From NCBI GenBank assembly GCA_965112735.1, contig OZ218965.1, positions 744,001 to 808,000 on the forward strand: a DNA stretch of 64,000 nucleotides, given 5' to 3'. The stretch comes from Phaeosaccion multiseriatum (Eukaryota > Protista > Ochrophyta, other classes). Made by a program: the position numbers and the translations under genes. Shown here one piece after another: positions 54,911 through 64,000 of this stretch. Numbering within the stretch: position 1 is the first letter of the stretch; the number at the start of each line of letters is the position of its first letter. The notes under the pieces are model-generated. The model made no database searches and had not been told where the DNA came from. It saw only the letters and a list, made by a program, of their open reading frames with translations.

Positions 54911-55244
54911 GGAAAGGAGAGAAAGAGAAGATGAAGAGCTCCACGTGAGGTCATGCATGCGGCACAGGCACAGACAAGGAAGGGGGCGGGAGGGAAGTGG
55001 GTGTGTCTGTGTGCGTTGGAACTGGAGTGGAGTGGCCATGGGAGGGAGGTGGGAGGGGAGCAGCTTGCAGCTTCCTGCAAAGTGCTGCACCACACACGAG
55101 GGTTTTTCGAATTTTTGTAGGCACAGTCAGACCAAGTGCCATTATTATTATTGCCCGCCTTCGGAGCCGTAACGTCCGAGAGAGCGTGAGGAGAGAGAGG
55201 CGAGGGAGTGGACTGTGGGGTGTGGGCAAAGGAGGAGACTCACC

Positions 55245-55570
55245 CTCCCAGCTGTCATGTAGACGGGTGCCACAGACAGACAAAGGGAAGGCGCGTGCGT
55301 GTCTCGCGGCACGGGGCTGAGAACGTGAAGATGCGCTGCCGAGTGGAAGGGTGCCGAAAGCATGTGGTCCTCGGAGGCGTTTTGCACTCTTCACGGGGCT
55401 CAGGTCAGGCAGGCTCGGTCAGGTAGAGGGGTGCCAGAAGCAGGAAGCAGGTGCTGCAAGGAGGCGTTTACACTTCTTACGGGGCTCTCGGGTCAAGCGC
55501 TGCCCTGTGGAGGGGTGCGGAAAGTACGAACAGAGAGGAAGGCTTTTGCATTGCACATGACGGGCCTCAG
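55245..55570 (+). pseudogene. Degenerate Cx4C...CxxH zinc-finger repeat gene fragment (WRKY19-like repeat type)
   Basis: SCHVDGCHRQ...SRHG, RCRVEGCRKHVVLGG(F)CTLHG, VEGCQKQ and RCPVEGCGKYEQR lie in different frames. Confidence 0.6.
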
Positions 55571-56192
55571 GTCATTGCACATGAGGGGCTCAGGTCGTCA
55601 GGAAGCTCCGAAGCTCTGCCGCGTTGGAGAGCGTGAGAACAAGTCGAAGGGGAGGGATGAGCGGGATGTGGAAGCGGCATGCGCGCGTCAGCAGGGAGGA
55701 GGCTGACGACAGAGCAGGGAGGAGACTGACGACAGAGACCGCGCCCAAGACGGGTCTCCCCCGCGGTGGCCGGGAAGAGGAGGAGGCACCCCTTGGGGGA
55801 GAAAATCGCAAGAAGCGAGGAGCGAGGGAGTAGCACAGGACCTCTCACGCTGTCACCGCTGCTCGTGGACAGGAAGGAGGAAGGGCAAGGGGAGAAGGAG
55901 CCCAGCCGCCCCCGTGCTGCCAAGAAAAGAGGGAAGGCGCGCTCCGTGTGGGGGACGAGGTGCCGCTGCCAAAGACATTCCGCAGGACCCAGTGAATAAA
56001 GGCATTCGTGCGTGTGCACATTCCATTTCCCTCGCGTTTTGAAAGGTGCTCCCCAAAGGAGAAAGAGGAGCCAAGTGTTTTCCAGCCTCCCCCCCCCCCC
56101 CCCCAGCTCTCTCTCTCTCTCTCTCCTACACTCGAACTGAACTGAACTGAACTGGTACACCACCTACATACCTCTATACCTGCACCGTGCCC

Positions 56193-64000
<7,808 letters not shown>

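Overview
GC-rich, intron-rich eukaryotic DNA, most likely from a plastid-bearing stramenopile (ochrophyte). This is inferred from ASAF-type bipartite targeting peptides, TTAGGG repeats and brown-algal-style LRR-ROCO genes. Both flanks hold ordinary genes with microsatellite-filled introns: MUTYH, a plastid-targeted acidic protein, SKA3, an ankyrin-TPR protein, GPN3, CIAO2B/MIP18, a PPR-SMR protein, a PfkB kinase and the 3' part of RTEL1. The middle (~24.3-47.1 kb) is a plastic island. It contains a TRRAP gene fragment, an interstitial telomere tract, an intronless membrane-anchored orphan ORF and a tandem segmental duplication (28.25-37.6 kb and 39.68-47.06 kb). Each duplicate carries gene debris, a Helitron helicase 3' remnant and an LRR-ROC-COR-TIR immune-receptor-like gene. 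The main finding is that the LRR region of each receptor is an array of ~149-bp cassettes: a 72-nt phase-1 LRR exon plus a strongly conserved ~77-nt palindrome-bearing intron. The paralogs have near-identical ROC-COR-TIR exons but different cassette number (16 vs 7 intact) and order. The arrays also show hypervariable ligand-face codons, broken and empty cassettes, non-LRR in-frame cassettes, a ROC-exon stub from an array fusion, and tiny TGT...ACA hairpin elements with 4-bp TSDs inside the conserved intron. Integrase-like remnants lie between the two genes. All calls were made by eye; no database searches were run.
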